From NCBI GenBank assembly GCA_021160575.1, contig JAGHCH010000061.1:1-37674 (forward strand): 37,674 bases of DNA, written 5' to 3'. A program made the position numbers and the translations under genes. This DNA comes from Thermoproteota archaeon. GTDB lineage: Archaea > Thermoproteota > Methanomethylicia > Methanomethylicales > JAGHCH01. Positions 35,238-37,674 of the stretch are shown one piece after another; position 1 is the first letter of the stretch, and each line of letters begins with the position of its first letter. A model generated the notes under the pieces. That model saw only the letters and a program-made list of their open reading frames with translations. It had not been told where the DNA came from and searched no databases.

Positions 35238-36298
35238 CTCAGAGCCTTCACTCCCACCAAGGAGATCAAAGTGCTCCACTCGCTAGGAGTACGAGCAAAA
35301 ACGCTGATGTTGCCCAGCTTCACCTTTTCCAAGCCCGCTTCTTTAGCGGCTCTATACGCTGAAACCATTTCCCATAGGCTTGGTGCCCTAATATTTCTCA
35401 GCTTAAACTCGGGGAAGAAGGCTAGAATTGTAAAGGGAATCTCCTTATCCACTTCAGCTACCAGCTCTGCTATTCTCCTAATCTGGTCAACTTCCACCCA
35501 CCCCGGAATGTACAGCGTAAGCACCTCTAGCACAAATCCCATGTCCACTATCCTCGCCGGAGCCTCCAAAATCCACTTGTTCGTTGTTCCGCAGAGCTTC
35601 TTGTAGACCTCCTCTTCATACGCCTTGATATCGAGCCAAAACGAGTCCACACCGCCGCTAGCTAAGATCTCCAGGTTGCGTGGAGTGAGCCCATAGCCAT
35701 TCGTCTCCAAGAGCACCCACATCTTATGGCAGCGTTTTTTGATCTCCTCAGTAGCCTCGGCATAGAACTCCGCTCTACAGCAGACATCCCCTCCAGTGAA
35801 GGCAACTATGTTTCTAGCTGGACCCCACCCCTGCACACTCCACACCACTTGGCTGGCGTCTAGCTTTTTCGGGCAGAGCAGGCTCCTCCTTCCCTCTAAA
35901 ACGCAGAGTCCACAATGCCTACAGAGATCTGTGGCATGCCACATGGTTGCTCTCTCTCGTGGTTCCCAAACTGTAACCTCCTCCTCATACTTCGCAGCCT
36001 CCTCCGCCAACATCTCTGTAGACATCCATCTCCCAGCAGCTCTCTGAGTAAAATGCCAAGAGTGGCACTTCAAGCACGTGTGGTTACACCCCGACTGGTA
36101 AATGGATAAGTAGTCCTCAGGTCTTGAAAGGTGAACCGCCTCGATCCTCCTCCACCATTTCCCCTTCTCCCTTTTCAGAGTGACTTGGCATGCAGGATGC
36201 CTACTGCCATCCTCAGCTAATGTGCTGCAGCTCCCTCTTGGATACCCTTGAAGCTCCATGGCGCAGCGTAGCTCCATGCTCAAAGCGAGGTTCACCAC
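35234..36298 (-). CDS. Radical SAM protein, PflA/COG1180-like
   Basis: YQSGCNHTCLKCHSW, AFTGGD, ETNGYG, WLDIKA and AFFPEFKL. Confidence 0.85.
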   Translation of the reverse strand: MVNLALSMELRCAMELQGYPRGSCSTLAEDGSRHPACQVTLKREKGKWWRRIEAVHLSRPEDYLSIYQSGCNHTCLKCHSWHFTQRAAGRWMSTEMLAEEAAKYEEEVTVWEPRERATMWHATDLCRHCGLCVLEGRRSLLCPKKLDASQVVWSVQGWGPARNIVAFTGGDVCCRAEFYAEATEEIKKRCHKMWVLLETNGYGLTPRNLEILASGGVDSFWLDIKAYEEEVYKKLCGTTNKWILEAPARIVDMGFVLEVLTLYIPGWVEVDQIRRIAELVAEVDKEIPFTILAFFPEFKLRNIRAPSLWEMVSAYRAAKEAGLEKVKLGNISVFARTPSEWSTLISLVGVKALS

Positions 36299-36430
36299 CT
36301 AAAGGTGATCTGTTAACAGCTATGAAGCTAGCTCAACCACTACATCGCAGAGGCCATGCTATAAGCCATAGCAAATAAAAGTGGAAGACTCCTTCTTTTC
36401 TCCCCGAGGCCCCTGCGGAGGGCAGGCAAA

Positions 36431-37228
36431 TTGGAAAATCTTCTCAGCGCAGTTAGAGGCGAAGTTAAGGAAGCTGTGATTTTAGCAGCAGGTCTTGGAA
36501 CCAGAATGAAGGAGCAGTATCCTTCAACACCCAAGTTCGCCATTCCTATAGGCAAGATCCCCCTCATTCTCTTTCCCTTCAAGGTATTGCAGAGGTTTGG
36601 TGTAGAAAGGTTTACCATAGTTGTGGCCAAGGATTTCTCCCACATCCTTAAAGGGATAATTAGCCACGTCGCTGGGCCGGAGGTCGAAGTAACCATAGTA
36701 GAGAACCCTTCCCCTGAGAAGGGTAATGGCTACAGCTTCTTTCTCACAGAGAACTCCACTACCAGCCAGTACTTCTTCGTCTCCATGTGCGACCACCTCT
36801 ACCCTCCAGCTTTACCAGCCAGATTGGCAGACGCCCTAAAAGCAACGCCAGCAGATCTCATCGTAGGCGCTGACTCCATCCCCATTTACATCAACCTAGT
36901 TGAAGCAACGAAGATTAGAGCAAACGATGAAGACCGCCTCCTAGCAATAGGCAAAAACCTCAACTACTACAACTTCGTCGACGCTGGCGTCTTCATAGCC
37001 AGCCGAAGGCTCTATCAGCTCTTCAGCTCCCTCCAAGAACTTCGCGTAATCGAATTCTCAACAATAGTCAAGGCTGCGGCAAATGCTGGGTTCAAAGTAT
37101 TAGTCTGCGATGTAAGCGGCATCCCATGGACAGATGTGGATACTCCTGCCGACATCCTAGACCTCCTAGGAGGGAAACGAAGAGAGGTCCTGAACTCCAT
37201 CCTCAGCGAGGTAAAGTTCGATGAGTAG
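36431..37228 (+). CDS. ipct: Nucleotidyltransferase, probable CTP:inositol-1-phosphate cytidylyltransferase
   Basis: AVILAAGLGTRM, PK, N..PEKGNGYS, MCDHLY, EATKI, DAGVF and WTDVDTP; adjacent to dipps. Confidence 0.82.
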   Translation: MENLLSAVRGEVKEAVILAAGLGTRMKEQYPSTPKFAIPIGKIPLILFPFKVLQRFGVERFTIVVAKDFSHILKGIISHVAGPEVEVTIVENPSPEKGNGYSFFLTENSTTSQYFFVSMCDHLYPPALPARLADALKATPADLIVGADSIPIYINLVEATKIRANDEDRLLAIGKNLNYYNFVDAGVFIASRRLYQLFSSLQELRVIEFSTIVKAAANAGFKVLVCDVSGIPWTDVDTPADILDLLGGKRREVLNSILSEVKFDE

Positions 37229-37674
37229 CGGTGCCTTCAAGAGCACCGATGGCTATGTCTCAAGGTATATTAACCGTAGGTTCTCCACCCCAATTACCAA
37301 CTTCATAGTTAGGCACAACATCCCCCTAACCCCCAACCAAGTATCGGTTATCTCCTTCCTAATAGGAGCAGCTTGCCTCCCCTTCTACCTACTAGGACAT
37401 CCGATAATCGCGGGCATCCTGGTGCAAGTCTCCTCCATAGTAGACGGTGTCGATGGAGAGCTTGCTAGAATTTTGAACATGTCCAGCAAGTTCGGCGCTT
37501 TTCTAGATGCCGTACTCGATAGGCTTGCCGACGTCTTAGCAGTTTTGGGAGCGGCTCTCTATCTCTCCCTCAAAATGCCGATCTCTCCACTGCTGCTGGC
37601 CGTATTCATGCTAGCGGTGAGCGGCTCACTAATGGTCAGCTACCTCCATATCAGAACTCAACACGACTTAGGAA
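37221..37674 (+). CDS. dipps: CDP-alcohol phosphatidyltransferase, probable di-myo-inositol-phosphate phosphate synthase (partial, runs off window)
   Basis: Hand translation MSSGAFKSTDGYVSRYINRRFS...TPNQVS...DGVDGELAR.....SKFGAFLDAVLDR. Absent from the ORF track. Confidence 0.85.
   Translation, partial: MSSGAFKSTDGYVSRYINRRFSTPITNFIVRHNIPLTPNQVSVISFLIGAACLPFYLLGHPIIAGILVQVSSIVDGVDGELARILNMSSKFGAFLDAVLDRLADVLAVLGAALYLSLKMPISPLLLAVFMLAVSGSLMVSYLHIRTQHDLG

Noticed and set aside
1-37674. CRISPR arrays, tRNA/rRNA genes, IS elements, integrases, and selenocysteine or pyrrolysine read-through
   Set aside because: No repeat-spacer arrays, cloverleaf-like segments, transposase or integrase motifs, or in-frame stops within conserved genes were seen. 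Nearly all intergenic gaps are short.

Overview
Gene-dense archaeal window of roughly 50% GC, most likely from a thermophilic methyl-coenzyme M reductase (MCR)-bearing archaeon. The flanking genes suggest Thermoproteota/TACK rather than a classical euryarchaeal methanogen, but that assignment is an inference. The core is a compact mcrB-mcrG-mcrA operon with no mcrD/mcrC. McrA and McrB keep the canonical methane-type active-site residues but carry unusual substitutions (PWRRIRS at the methyl-Arg motif, extra cysteines). The operon lies in an ~18.5 kb neighbourhood of methanogen-associated genes: DUF2124, a COG4800-like regulator, DUF483, a cobalamin radical-SAM protein resembling the MCR glutamine C-methyltransferase, a soluble P-type ATPase-like HAD protein, DUF2098 and marker protein 2. 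A sulfonate/nitrate-type ABC importer sits directly upstream of mcrB (candidate coenzyme M importer). A phoU/pstSCAB block and an eroded gene interrupt the cluster. Flanks encode porGDAB, an ADP-forming acetate-CoA ligase alpha subunit, a gamma-carbonic anhydrase, a NikR-linked ZnuABC-type metal importer, several radical SAM proteins, an M42 peptidase, a ferredoxin and di-myo-inositol-phosphate synthesis genes (ipct, dipps). Three single-base frameshifts (signal peptidase, porB, a small gene missing from the ORF track) suggest indel errors or recent lesions. No RNA genes, CRISPR arrays or mobile elements were seen. All family assignments come from motif recognition, not from database searches.
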